Source: Methanobacteriota archaeon (GTDB lineage Archaea > Thermoplasmatota > Thermoplasmata > SG8-5 > JAGLSY01). From it: DNA of 64,000 nt. Position 1 is the stretch's first letter, and each line of letters starts with the position of its first letter. Shown one piece after another: positions 28,390 to 36,961 of this stretch. The stretch covers positions 32,001 to 96,000 of the forward strand of contig JAEHCO010000003.1 of the NCBI GenBank assembly GCA_020697715.1, given 5' to 3'. The notes below the pieces were generated by a model. It was not told the DNA's origin. It worked only from the letters and a program-made list of their open reading frames with translations, and did not search any database. The position numbers and the translations under genes were made by a program.

Positions 28390-28854
28390 ATGAGCTTTGA
28401 TCTATCTGTTGTTACGAATACTCCTTTATCTGGGATAAATGACCTGGATGAGGCTTGCATGATCTTTCTGATCAATATCGGTTATCTGCCCAAAGGGTAT
28501 GAATTGAGAAGCAATGGTGAAAATGCCAGGGATAGCATTCCCTTCAGATTGTTCGTCGACTGTCTTTTGAAAAGAAGGGACAAGGTCTGGCTCATTGAAG
28601 AACTGGCTGCTGAGCTTGAAACATCCAAACCTACGGTTTACAGGCATATCAACAAGCTCAAGTCAATGGACCTTCTTGATTTCACACAGGTCGAAGTATC
28701 TGATAATACATTCAAGAAAGGTTACAGGTTGAGATATGATAATCTGGCCAAGGCATGGAACTTCGTCGAGGCCCATGTCGGGGTCGCGATGGAGAACTAC
28801 AGAAAAACTGTGGATCATATCCAGAAATTGGTCGAGGCAGAAAGGAGGAAATGA
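28390..28854 (+). CDS. winged-helix transcriptional regulator
   Basis: IEELAAELETSKPTVYRHINKLKSMDLL HTH. Confidence 0.8.
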   Translation: MSFDLSVVTNTPLSGINDLDEACMIFLINIGYLPKGYELRSNGENARDSIPFRLFVDCLLKRRDKVWLIEELAAELETSKPTVYRHINKLKSMDLLDFTQVEVSDNTFKKGYRLRYDNLAKAWNFVEAHVGVAMENYRKTVDHIQKLVEAERRK

Positions 28855-28992
28855 TTGCGAGAGCGAAGCGATTGCAATCAGAGCTTCGAACAAGATTCGA
28901 AGCTTCATATGTGCGAACAAAGTTCTCACATACGAAAGCTCGGAATTGAATGCGAGAATAAAATGATTGCATTCAAAAGTTCGAACGAAGTA
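28852..28992. repeat. intergenic multi-hairpin element with an internally duplicated, covarying hairpin
   Basis: TGATTGC-GAGA-GCGAAGC-GATT-GCAATCA (28852-28880) vs TGAATGC-GAGA-ATAAAAT-GATT-GCATTCA (28947-28975), with two further hairpins between. Confidence 0.75.
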
Positions 28993-29018
28993 AGAAATTC
29001 AAAATGGAGAGGTTATGA

Positions 29019-29306
29019 ATGTCAAAAACAAAAGATGAGGAACCAGTAGTTCTCACTGTTGGCTCCCAATACAGAGTGAAATCACTTGAATCCAGGGAAT
29101 CCCCACTTATCACACATGGTAAATTCCTGGGATATACATCAATTGGCAACGATGATGGACTATGCATGGAACTGGATGATTCCCACAAGGATATGAAGGG
29201 ACGTATCCGGGTCATACCAATGCACATGCTGGTATGCATCGATATTATCAAAGCCAATGAGAAGAAGGATGAGAAGAAGAAGCCAGTTGGCACCATGTAT
29301 GGGTGA
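29019..29306 (+). CDS. hypothetical protein (small beta-rich, possibly Sm/SH3-like)
   Basis: GAGG RBS; beta-strand pattern ...RIRVIPMHMLVCIDII; coupled to the next gene. Confidence 0.65.
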   Translation: MSKTKDEEPVVLTVGSQYRVKSLESRESPLITHGKFLGYTSIGNDDGLCMELDDSHKDMKGRIRVIPMHMLVCIDIIKANEKKDEKKKPVGTMYG

Positions 29307-29632
29307 TCATGCCAGCTGAGTTCGACAGCAGCAGTCTTGAAGCGCGTGTTCTGAGATTACTGCAAAAGGCATATCCTATAACACTTGATGAAATGGAGCG
29401 CAAGCTCCGAATATCCGCCTTGAAATTAAAAAGGGTTCTGGCCACACTTGAGATAAAAGGTCTTGTGGCCATCAGACCCCTTCCGGATAAGACCTATGTG
29501 GATCTCATAAGCCAGAACTTCAGGTTCACAGGTAGAAATCCCAGCCAACAGAAGAAATTAAAGCATACGAAAGCAAAGAAACCTGGTGGGGGCGATCAAA
29601 CGAATGATTATGATGGCCCCATGTTCGGTTAG
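29303..29632 (+). CDS. winged-helix domain protein
   Basis: YPITLDEMERKLRISALKLKRVLATLEIKGLV; GTGA overlap with upstream gene. Confidence 0.7.
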   Translation: MIMPAEFDSSSLEARVLRLLQKAYPITLDEMERKLRISALKLKRVLATLEIKGLVAIRPLPDKTYVDLISQNFRFTGRNPSQQKKLKHTKAKKPGGGDQTNDYDGPMFG

Positions 29633-29640
29633 GTGATCGG

Positions 29641-30099
29641 ATGAAGACCAGACCGATCAAGGAATGGACATTTTTCGCTTTTCTATTTATTGGAGCGATA
29701 TGCGCGATCCTTCTGCCGATGACGGTACTAACATACATGGATTATGCAGAGTCTGGGTATGGTGTGGAAGTGGAGATGGGCGATGCACGACTTGGATCCT
29801 CGGGCGAGCTTATTTTCGTCATGAGCATCACCAATCCGGGAAAATTGGAATTACAGGCGACAGGAGCGGAGATCATTCTCATGGATGGTTCAGAGGTTCC
29901 TGTGAAAGTGAACATGCTCCTGGATATTGATCGGAAAGGCACAGAGGAAATACAGGTCCACATACCACTTTCTGAAGGTGGTATGGCACTTGTTTCCCAG
30001 GGTGAAATATCCTATTCGATAGAAATGGACGTATATGTGCCATATAGGGATGGTTACACAACTCATAGATCCGAAGGAATATTGGAGGTGTCTCCTTGA
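29641..30099 (+). CDS. membrane-anchored hypothetical protein (LEA2-like beta sandwich)
   Basis: N-terminal TM, ITNPG motif, GGTGA RBS. Confidence 0.55.
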   Translation: MKTRPIKEWTFFAFLFIGAICAILLPMTVLTYMDYAESGYGVEVEMGDARLGSSGELIFVMSITNPGKLELQATGAEIILMDGSEVPVKVNMLLDIDRKGTEEIQVHIPLSEGGMALVSQGEISYSIEMDVYVPYRDGYTTHRSEGILEVSP

Positions 30100-30596
30100 A
30101 AGACCTCCAGGAATCCACGAAAAATAAGCTGGATGATATGGGAGAGAATTGGGACATTCAGGATGAGCAATTGGAGGAATTGAAGGTGCTGAAATTCAGC
30201 TCCTGGCCATGGACTGTCCTTAAAGGAGCTTTGGGTGTGGTGATCGTCACCACCGTATACCTTCTGTATTCTCTAGCTGAGATCCCCTGGACACTGGGCG
30301 AGTCCATTGCCGGGATGATGTTATTTGGCTTTGTACCGTTCTTTGTCAGTTTCGTTCTGGGTATGACCTTCGAGAATGGCAAGAAGGCTCTGGCCTTTTC
30401 CCTGATGGTTGGCATGACCTCGATACTGCTTTTGTACGTGATACTGAACCTGCCATACAGCATGGGTCTTTTTGATAGTCATGGGGATGGCTATGGGACC
30501 TACATGTGGTGGTACATTCTATTATCATTCATCAATATGATATCATTCATGCCAGTGGCGGCAGTACTGGCATCCTCGACTAATGTGTACGAGTGA
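30096..30596 (+). CDS. membrane protein (4 TM)
   Basis: Four hydrophobic helices; overlaps upstream stop; GGAGGTG RBS. Confidence 0.6.
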   Translation: MKDLQESTKNKLDDMGENWDIQDEQLEELKVLKFSSWPWTVLKGALGVVIVTTVYLLYSLAEIPWTLGESIAGMMLFGFVPFFVSFVLGMTFENGKKALAFSLMVGMTSILLLYVILNLPYSMGLFDSHGDGYGTYMWWYILLSFINMISFMPVAAVLASSTNVYE

Positions 30597-30686
30597 TCAT
30601 GTGTATGATCTGCCATCAGATCTCAGGATATCGAATTATTGATTCATTCATCAGACTTTTATAGAGGTTCATCGATTGTGCGGAAG

Positions 30687-32252
30687 ATGACCTCACAATA
30701 TTATGACGAGATCATAGATGCCATCAAGTCTGGCAAGATCCAAACCAAGGATGAGATCCATAAAATGAAGATCGCCCTTTGCAGGAAATACCCCATGGAG
30801 AGCATACCCAGTGATGCTGATATTTTGGGACATGCTGATCCGGATGAACGCGAATTCCTCGTGCCCTTCCTGATGATCAAGCCAGTGCGTACGATAAGCG
30901 GTGTGGCGGTGGTCGCGGTGATGACCTCTCCGCATGACTGCCCGCATGGAAAGTGCATCTTCTGCCCTGGAGGAGTGGACAATGGAACTGCCCAGTCATA
31001 TACTGGCCAGGAGCCAGCAGCTCTGCGCGCCGCCCACAATGAGTTCGACCCGATCAGGCAAGTCCAGTCTCGATTGACACAACTGAAAGCCATTGGCCAC
31101 AAGACTGGCAAGGTGGACCTGATAATCATGGGCGGGACCTTCACGGCCAGGGATGCGGAATATCAAGAGAACTTCGTGAAGGGTTGCTTCGATGGAATGA
31201 ACGGTACTGTTTCCAGTAGCATTGAGGAGGCACATTTGCTCAATCAGAGCGCGGATACAAGATGCATTGGAATGACCGTGGAAACAAGGCCAGATCATTT
31301 TATGGAACCTCATATCGACATTTCACTCGGTCTGGGAGCGACCCGGGTGGAGCTGGGAGTCCAGACACTTAATGATAATACTCTGGTGGATGTGAAAAGA
31401 GGGCATGACGTGGCTCAGACAGCGAGAGCCACACGACTAACGCGCGATGCCGGGATGAAAGTTGGATATCACATGATGCCAGGCCTTCCGGGAGAGACAC
31501 CCGCCAGCGATCTGGCTACCTTCAAGAAATTATTTTCAGATGAGAGATTCATGCCGGATATGTTGAAGATATATCCGCTTCTTGTGATCGATGGTACCGA
31601 ACTCCATCGCATGTGGCAGGCTGGAGATTACGAGCCCTACGAGATGGATGAGCTGGTGAAGCTGCTGGCTGACATAAAAGAGATACTGCCGCCATGGACT
31701 CGGATACAGCGCATCCAGAGGGATATCCCGGTTCAGCTGATAGAAGCGGGGGCACAGAAAAGTCATGTGCGAATGATGGCACAGGACGAGCTGAAGCGCA
31801 GAGGAAGTAAATGCAATTGCATAAGATGTCGGGAAGCTGGCCACAATCAATTGCGTGGTATCGACATTGGAGAGGTGTCGCTCGTGCACAGGCAATATGA
31901 AGCCGCGGGTGGCATTGAGCATTTCATATCATACGAAGACAAGGTGAAGGATATAGTACTGGCCTTCACCAGGTTGCGAATCCCCTCGGAGAACGCGCAT
32001 CGGCCAGAGATGGATAATGCTGCAATTATCAGAGAACTTCGGGTACTGGGAAGGGCGGTGCCCATTGGCGAAAAGAAGGATGAGGCCTGGCAGCATAAGG
32101 GCCATGGCGAGAGGCTCATCGAAGAAGCAAAGGCCATATCCAACCAACAGGGTGTGGACAAACTGCTGGTCATGAGCGGTGTTGGCGTGCGCGAATACTA
32201 TAAAAAACTGGGATTCGAGAGAGATGGACCATACATGAGCCTGAAGTTGTGA
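30687..32252 (+). CDS. elp3: Elp3 radical SAM/GNAT tRNA U34 modification enzyme
   Basis: RTISGVAVVAVM, CPHGKCIFCPGG, QSYTG.EP, ETRPD, RIQRDIP, WQHKGHG and GVREYY.KLG motifs. Confidence 0.95.
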   Translation: MTSQYYDEIIDAIKSGKIQTKDEIHKMKIALCRKYPMESIPSDADILGHADPDEREFLVPFLMIKPVRTISGVAVVAVMTSPHDCPHGKCIFCPGGVDNGTAQSYTGQEPAALRAAHNEFDPIRQVQSRLTQLKAIGHKTGKVDLIIMGGTFTARDAEYQENFVKGCFDGMNGTVSSSIEEAHLLNQSADTRCIGMTVETRPDHFMEPHIDISLGLGATRVELGVQTLNDNTLVDVKRGHDVAQTARATRLTRDAGMKVGYHMMPGLPGETPASDLATFKKLFSDERFMPDMLKIYPLLVIDGTELHRMWQAGDYEPYEMDELVKLLADIKEILPPWTRIQRIQRDIPVQLIEAGAQKSHVRMMAQDELKRRGSKCNCIRCREAGHNQLRGIDIGEVSLVHRQYEAAGGIEHFISYEDKVKDIVLAFTRLRIPSENAHRPEMDNAAIIRELRVLGRAVPIGEKKDEAWQHKGHGERLIEEAKAISNQQGVDKLLVMSGVGVREYYKKLGFERDGPYMSLKL

Positions 32253-32395
32253 TATTTTTCTAAATAATACTGATGGTGGCACATTTGTTGACAATATGTT
32301 ATTATCTTTTTATAATTCTTAACAATTGCTTAATCAGATAAGATTATATATTCAAAATGAGATTGTGTTATATAGGAAGAGTAAGGTGGAATCTT

Positions 32396-32614
32396 ATGTC
32401 CGAATGTAAGAGATTGGGAGCATGCCCCTTCTTCAATGACAAGATGGCTGACAAGCCAGGCATGACACAATTGTATAAAAAGAACTATTGTATGAAGGAT
32501 TTTTCTCAGTGTGCGAGATATATGGTGGCCGAGGCAATTGGCTCGGAAAAAGTACCGATCGATCTTTATCCCAATATGGTTCAGAGAGTATCGGATATAA
32601 TTGCCAAATCTTAA
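32396..32614 (+). CDS. small 4-Cys hypothetical protein (paralog of 733..969)
   Basis: Same Cys spacing and the CPFF, YKK.YC, CARY and DLYPNM motifs. Confidence 0.75.
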   Translation: MSECKRLGACPFFNDKMADKPGMTQLYKKNYCMKDFSQCARYMVAEAIGSEKVPIDLYPNMVQRVSDIIAKS

Positions 32615-32751
32615 TGAGTATCACTTTGGCATTTATCTTATACCAGTTCTTTTAGGCACGTTTTTTCATATTCGATATTCTTGCATATTTATTATATATT
32701 GCATTTGCTATTACAATACTATTACGAAATGAAGGTGATATTATTACATAT

Positions 32752-33267
32752 GTGAGGAAAGTTTGTCTTGTGGGTGATCCCGAGGTTGGAAAGACCTGTC
32801 TGGTCAGAAAATTCGTGATCGATAAATTCGATGATTCTTACATAATGACCATGGGAGCCAAGGTCATGAAGAAGGAGACCAAGATCGAGATCGATGGCAA
32901 GGAACACGATGTCAATCTGATGCTATGGGATGTCATGGGACAGAAGCACTTCCGTATCATAGAATCAGTTGCTTTCGAACATGTGTCTGGAGCAATTGTG
33001 GTATGTGACCTCACGCGCAAGCCAACTGCAGAAAATATAGATTATTGGATAGAGGCTGTGACAAATATTTCTGGTGATATACCTCTGGTCATCCTGGCCA
33101 ATAAGAACGACCTCGTTGATGAGATCGAATATGGCGAGGAGCTGTTGGCCGAGATAGCAGCCAAGCACAATGCGAATTTTTACATAACCTCTGCCAAGAC
33201 TGGTGAGGGTATCGAGGATGCTTTTGCCGAACTGGCTAAGCTATCCATTGCGAAGAGCTTTGACTAA
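32752..33267 (+). CDS. Ras-superfamily (Rab-like) small GTPase
   Basis: G1 GDPEVGKT, G2 YIMTMG, G3 LWDVMGQ, G4 NKND, G5 TSAKTG; no C-terminal Cys prenylation motif. Confidence 0.92.
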   Translation: MRKVCLVGDPEVGKTCLVRKFVIDKFDDSYIMTMGAKVMKKETKIEIDGKEHDVNLMLWDVMGQKHFRIIESVAFEHVSGAIVVCDLTRKPTAENIDYWIEAVTNISGDIPLVILANKNDLVDEIEYGEELLAEIAAKHNANFYITSAKTGEGIEDAFAELAKLSIAKSFD

Positions 33268-33277
33268 GGTGTTGCCC

Positions 33278-33526
33278 ATGAGGGAAGATAAATTAGATCT
33301 ACGCAAGAAAGAACTTGATGACATTGAAAAGCGCACTCAGAAGGAGCGCCAGAAGCTTTTAACTATGATAATGGAAAGAGAGGAGCATCTGGAGAAGCGA
33401 GAGCGAGACATCATCGATAGAGAGAGATCCCTCAGGGAAAGGGAGATGAAGCTCGAGGAATCAAAAAGGAAGCTTGTCACCCTTCTTAAAAATGCCAAAA
33501 AGAAGAAAGAGGAACAGAAGGCTTAG
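33278..33526 (+). CDS. small charged coiled-coil protein
   Basis: R/E/K-rich heptads; AGGTG RBS; starts 10 bp after the GTPase stop. Confidence 0.65.
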   Translation: MREDKLDLRKKELDDIEKRTQKERQKLLTMIMEREEHLEKRERDIIDRERSLREREMKLEESKRKLVTLLKNAKKKKEEQKA

Positions 33527-34230
33527 TCTTTCCGCACATATATCTGCTTCAGCATCACATCACGAATTCCTCTGACCATTTCCAGATTACCATCAAAATT
33601 CTTCAATTTCTTGCCAAAGGTGAACTCCAGCTCATAATGTATGGCTTCGGCAATGCTTTCCACATATTCTCGCATATCATCTCCTGAATAGACAATTGCG
33701 AGGGTGACATCCAGGTTTCTTGATGGCTCGATCACTATATTCTTTTCTCCGAACTCTATCATGCTGATATTGGTATCCTTCATGTCGCTGAAGCTCTCTG
33801 TTACAAAGCCCTGGATGAGGGTTAACATGCTGGAGAAAATGTCCATGTCAAGGTCTGGATTGACATGACTGGTGGCATGAGCAAGTAATGCTCCATCCTT
33901 GTAGATGAGGAACATTTGTTCGATCACTCTCTCATCTCTGGTAGGGACTGTTTCTCCTTTACCCATGCCCCAGCTAGATCTGGCATGTGTGGCTTGTGAC
34001 TCGGATCCTGATTCAGCATCTCCAGGCCTGCTCATCTCCAGGCCTGAACCCTTGCTTTTGCTGACCCTATTCAGCCATTCCTCCATTGATCTTCTTATCG
34101 CACTGGAGGCATTGAGCATTTCTTTGTCACAATGGCCGAAGAAAGCATTGGCTGTGTCAACAAAATCCTCTGTGATTATGAAGTGGAGCTGATCTCCTGT
34201 TTTGTATTCCTTCTTTCGGGGTTTCGCCAT
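33523..34230 (-). CDS. putative N-terminal ribbon-helix-helix plus C-terminal longin-like domain protein
   Basis: C-terminal IEQMFLIYKDGALLAH...IFSSMLTLIQGFVTESF...IEFGEKNIVIE...LAIVYSG...F..LKNFDG fits a beta-beta-alpha-beta-beta-beta-alpha-alpha longin topology. Confidence 0.6.
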   Translation of the reverse strand: MAKPRKKEYKTGDQLHFIITEDFVDTANAFFGHCDKEMLNASSAIRRSMEEWLNRVSKSKGSGLEMSRPGDAESGSESQATHARSSWGMGKGETVPTRDERVIEQMFLIYKDGALLAHATSHVNPDLDMDIFSSMLTLIQGFVTESFSDMKDTNISMIEFGEKNIVIEPSRNLDVTLAIVYSGDDMREYVESIAEAIHYELEFTFGKKLKNFDGNLEMVRGIRDVMLKQIYVRKD

Positions 34231-34341
34231 CTGATATATACATTATATGAGCCTGTATTTAAATCTATGTACATTAATGTACATTGGATTTTGTATAAAG
34301 AATGATCTCTAAATAATTCAATGAGCCAGATACTAAAAAAA

Positions 34342-35247
34342 TCACCGATATCCTGGCAGGTCCTGCTTCTTTTCATAAATGGATCTGAAGTCGAATCTCT
34401 CCAGCTCCTCTTCATATTTCTTGTCCAGAGTGTTCATTTTCTTTCTAATTTTACTAAGCTCTGAATCCTTCTTTTCTATCATATTTTTGAGCTTTTCAAC
34501 ATCCTTCAACAAGCTCTTATCAAAATCAAACCCATTGATCATCATCAGTGTGAGTGAATTGCCGATGATGTCCACACGTATCTCGATCATCTCGCGGCTG
34601 TGTTCCTTGTACACCCGCTTATTCAGTTTCACGAGATATTCACGATGGTTCTTAACAGCTGATAATATATTGTCAATTCTATTGCCAGTGTTCAGCAGAT
34701 ACTCCTCGACTTTCAATATTGAGGAGTTGAATTCGCCTATCGCGCCCTTGCTACCCTTTTTACTTCTGGAGTTCAGGCTCAGGGCGTCCATGATCACTTC
34801 TTCCCGCTTGACCCGGGTATCCAGCTTCTTCTCCATGCTGGATATCTTCTTATTGGCTTCGCGGTTGGCTTCCTTCAGTATTTTGATGACATCTTCCTGC
34901 TTGGTGATCTTCTTCTCCATCCTGGTAAGTTGGCTGGAGAGTGACTTCAGGGTGGGCTCGACCTTCTTTGGAGGTGCTGGTGTTGGCGCTGGCTGAGTTT
35001 TTTTGGCAGAGCTTTTCTTAGGCTCTGCCTTTGCTTGTTTCTTTGGTTTTGCCTTGGTCTGCTTTTTTGGTTCGACCTTTGTTTCTTTCTTCGGCTTGGT
35101 CTCCTTCTTGGCAGGGGTCTTTGCCTTTGCAGAAGTCTTTTTGGCTTTGGCTGGCTTGGTCTTTTTAGGCTCTGCTTTTTCCTTCTTTGCTTTTGCATCC
35201 GCCTTGCTATCAGTCTTTTTCGTGGTCTTGGTCTTTTTCGCAGCCAT
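34342..35247 (-). CDS. hypothetical protein: Lys/Ala/Pro-rich (histone H1-like) N-terminus plus long coiled coil
   Basis: First ~95 aa are AKK/PKK/TKK repeats; the rest is heptad-rich and helical. Confidence 0.7.
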   Translation of the reverse strand: MAAKKTKTTKKTDSKADAKAKKEKAEPKKTKPAKAKKTSAKAKTPAKKETKPKKETKVEPKKQTKAKPKKQAKAEPKKSSAKKTQPAPTPAPPKKVEPTLKSLSSQLTRMEKKITKQEDVIKILKEANREANKKISSMEKKLDTRVKREEVIMDALSLNSRSKKGSKGAIGEFNSSILKVEEYLLNTGNRIDNILSAVKNHREYLVKLNKRVYKEHSREMIEIRVDIIGNSLTLMMINGFDFDKSLLKDVEKLKNMIEKKDSELSKIRKKMNTLDKKYEEELERFDFRSIYEKKQDLPGYR

Positions 35248-35340
35248 TGATTCATATATAGGCTAACTTGAATATGTATGTTTTGCCTTTGTTCACATAA
35301 ATTTTAATACTAACCACGGGATTTCCCGCTCGGTGATAGC

Positions 35341-36639
35341 ATGAATTTGAAGTTGTCCAAGGTAGTCCAGGAGCAGATAAAAACGCCTTCCCCCATAAGG
35401 CAGATAATGAAAATGGCCGAGAGGCAGAACATAATCAATATGGGTCTGGACCCAGATAATGTAATTTCCTTTGGCGGAGGTTGGGTAAACCATCCAGCCC
35501 CGGAACCTCTGAGGCAGAAATATATCGATGTTGCCAGTGATAAAACTCGTTTCCATGCCACTGGTGCTTACAGTGCCACACTGGGCGATCTCAGATATCG
35601 AGAGCTAATAGCGGAGATGGAGATGAAATTGTTCAATATGAAGAACATCAGCTCCCAAAACATTATAATCGGTCAGAGTAGTACTCAATTAACTCATGAC
35701 ATGTTCCTTACCACCACGGAGCCAGGCCAGGATGTTGTACTTCTTGATCCGACCTATGCGAATTATTACGGCCAGATGGTATTCGCTCTCACGGACAGTG
35801 GTATCGTCCACGATCCCAGTGGGATAGATCGTGTCGTACCCCGAGCGGAAGTGGCCTATCTCAAGGTCATGGATACCGAGCAGTGGAAATACATGCCGGA
35901 TATTGATAAGGCTTTGGCAGACCTTCGCAAAATAATGGATCTGCGAAGACCCAGCTTGCTCATGGTCCCATCACCTGACAATCCAACCAGCCAGATAGTT
36001 CCGCAGAAGTTCATGGAAGGTGCTATCCAGATATGCGCGGAATTCAATGCATATCTTGTGATCGACTTCGCTTACAAGACCCAGTACTTCGGTGAATACC
36101 CGGAATACTTTTCCTGGTCGCCAAATGATCATCCAAATCTCATAACAATTCATTCAAATTCCAAATGGGCCAGAAGCCTGGGTCGCCGAACCGGATGGAT
36201 CGAGGCCAGTCCTACCGTGATAGATGGAATGGAAAGGGTGCAGCAGTGCAGTGCTCTCTGCCCAGATACCTTCCATCAGATGGCCATGGTGGATTATCTT
36301 GAGGAAGCTCTGGCAAATGGAAGTCTGGTATCTTATCTTGAGAACACTAGACAGGATTATCAGAAGGCCGCGAATGTGACGATGAAAGCCATTGACCAGA
36401 ACCTCGGAATGAGAGCGCTCACACCACAGGGTGGCCTGTACACCGTGGTGGATGTTGGAACCGATGGTGACGAGTTCATACAGGATGTGCTCAAGAACAC
36501 TGGTGTTCTCTTCATACCTGGTGGTGGATTTGGCAAGTCATTGAAGAATGCTATCCGCGTATCATACGGCCCGATGGTCCATGACCTGGAGAAGATCAAG
36601 GAAGGCATGGAGAGGGCGGGCGAGTATCTGGGCAAATAG
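35341..36639 (+). CDS. PLP-dependent aminotransferase class I/II
   Basis: SPDNPT, DFAY, SNSKW...GRRTGW and IRVSYG motifs. Confidence 0.88.
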   Translation: MNLKLSKVVQEQIKTPSPIRQIMKMAERQNIINMGLDPDNVISFGGGWVNHPAPEPLRQKYIDVASDKTRFHATGAYSATLGDLRYRELIAEMEMKLFNMKNISSQNIIIGQSSTQLTHDMFLTTTEPGQDVVLLDPTYANYYGQMVFALTDSGIVHDPSGIDRVVPRAEVAYLKVMDTEQWKYMPDIDKALADLRKIMDLRRPSLLMVPSPDNPTSQIVPQKFMEGAIQICAEFNAYLVIDFAYKTQYFGEYPEYFSWSPNDHPNLITIHSNSKWARSLGRRTGWIEASPTVIDGMERVQQCSALCPDTFHQMAMVDYLEEALANGSLVSYLENTRQDYQKAANVTMKAIDQNLGMRALTPQGGLYTVVDVGTDGDEFIQDVLKNTGVLFIPGGGFGKSLKNAIRVSYGPMVHDLEKIKEGMERAGEYLGK

Positions 36640-36646
36640 TTGATGA

Positions 36647-36854
36647 GTAGACGGTAGCCGCGGAGTAAATACTTTGATGATAATATTATTGGAATCGTAT
36701 TAACTCTTTTAATCGCTAGTAATATGTGGAAATGAGGCGATTAGTAGTCCCATCAATGATAATTCATATGAACGCGGAGAATTAACTCCGCGTGTTTGGG
36801 ACTATGGCCTTGTGGATGTCAACATTCGGGTCCTTAAGACCCCGATTGTTTACA
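36647..36854. other. structured non-coding element, copy B (homolog of 20447-20568), upstream of PEPCK
   Basis: TAGTCCCA/TGGGACTATGGCCTT, inner ACGCGGAG/CTCCGCGT, third stem TGTCAACA...TGTTTACA, 84-nt two-hairpin insertion. Confidence 0.7.
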
Positions 36855-36961
36855 GTGGAAACCTTTATCTCACTTAGCGTAATCACGGTTTCAAGTCAGA
36901 AATCCGAATGTTCCCGAATGGGAAAAAACCAGGCTAAATAACCTGGATGGGATGCTGTGCC

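Noticed and set aside
28855-29049. 64-aa ORF in the hairpin cassette
   Set aside because: It overlaps the structured element and the next gene out of frame, with no recognisable motif
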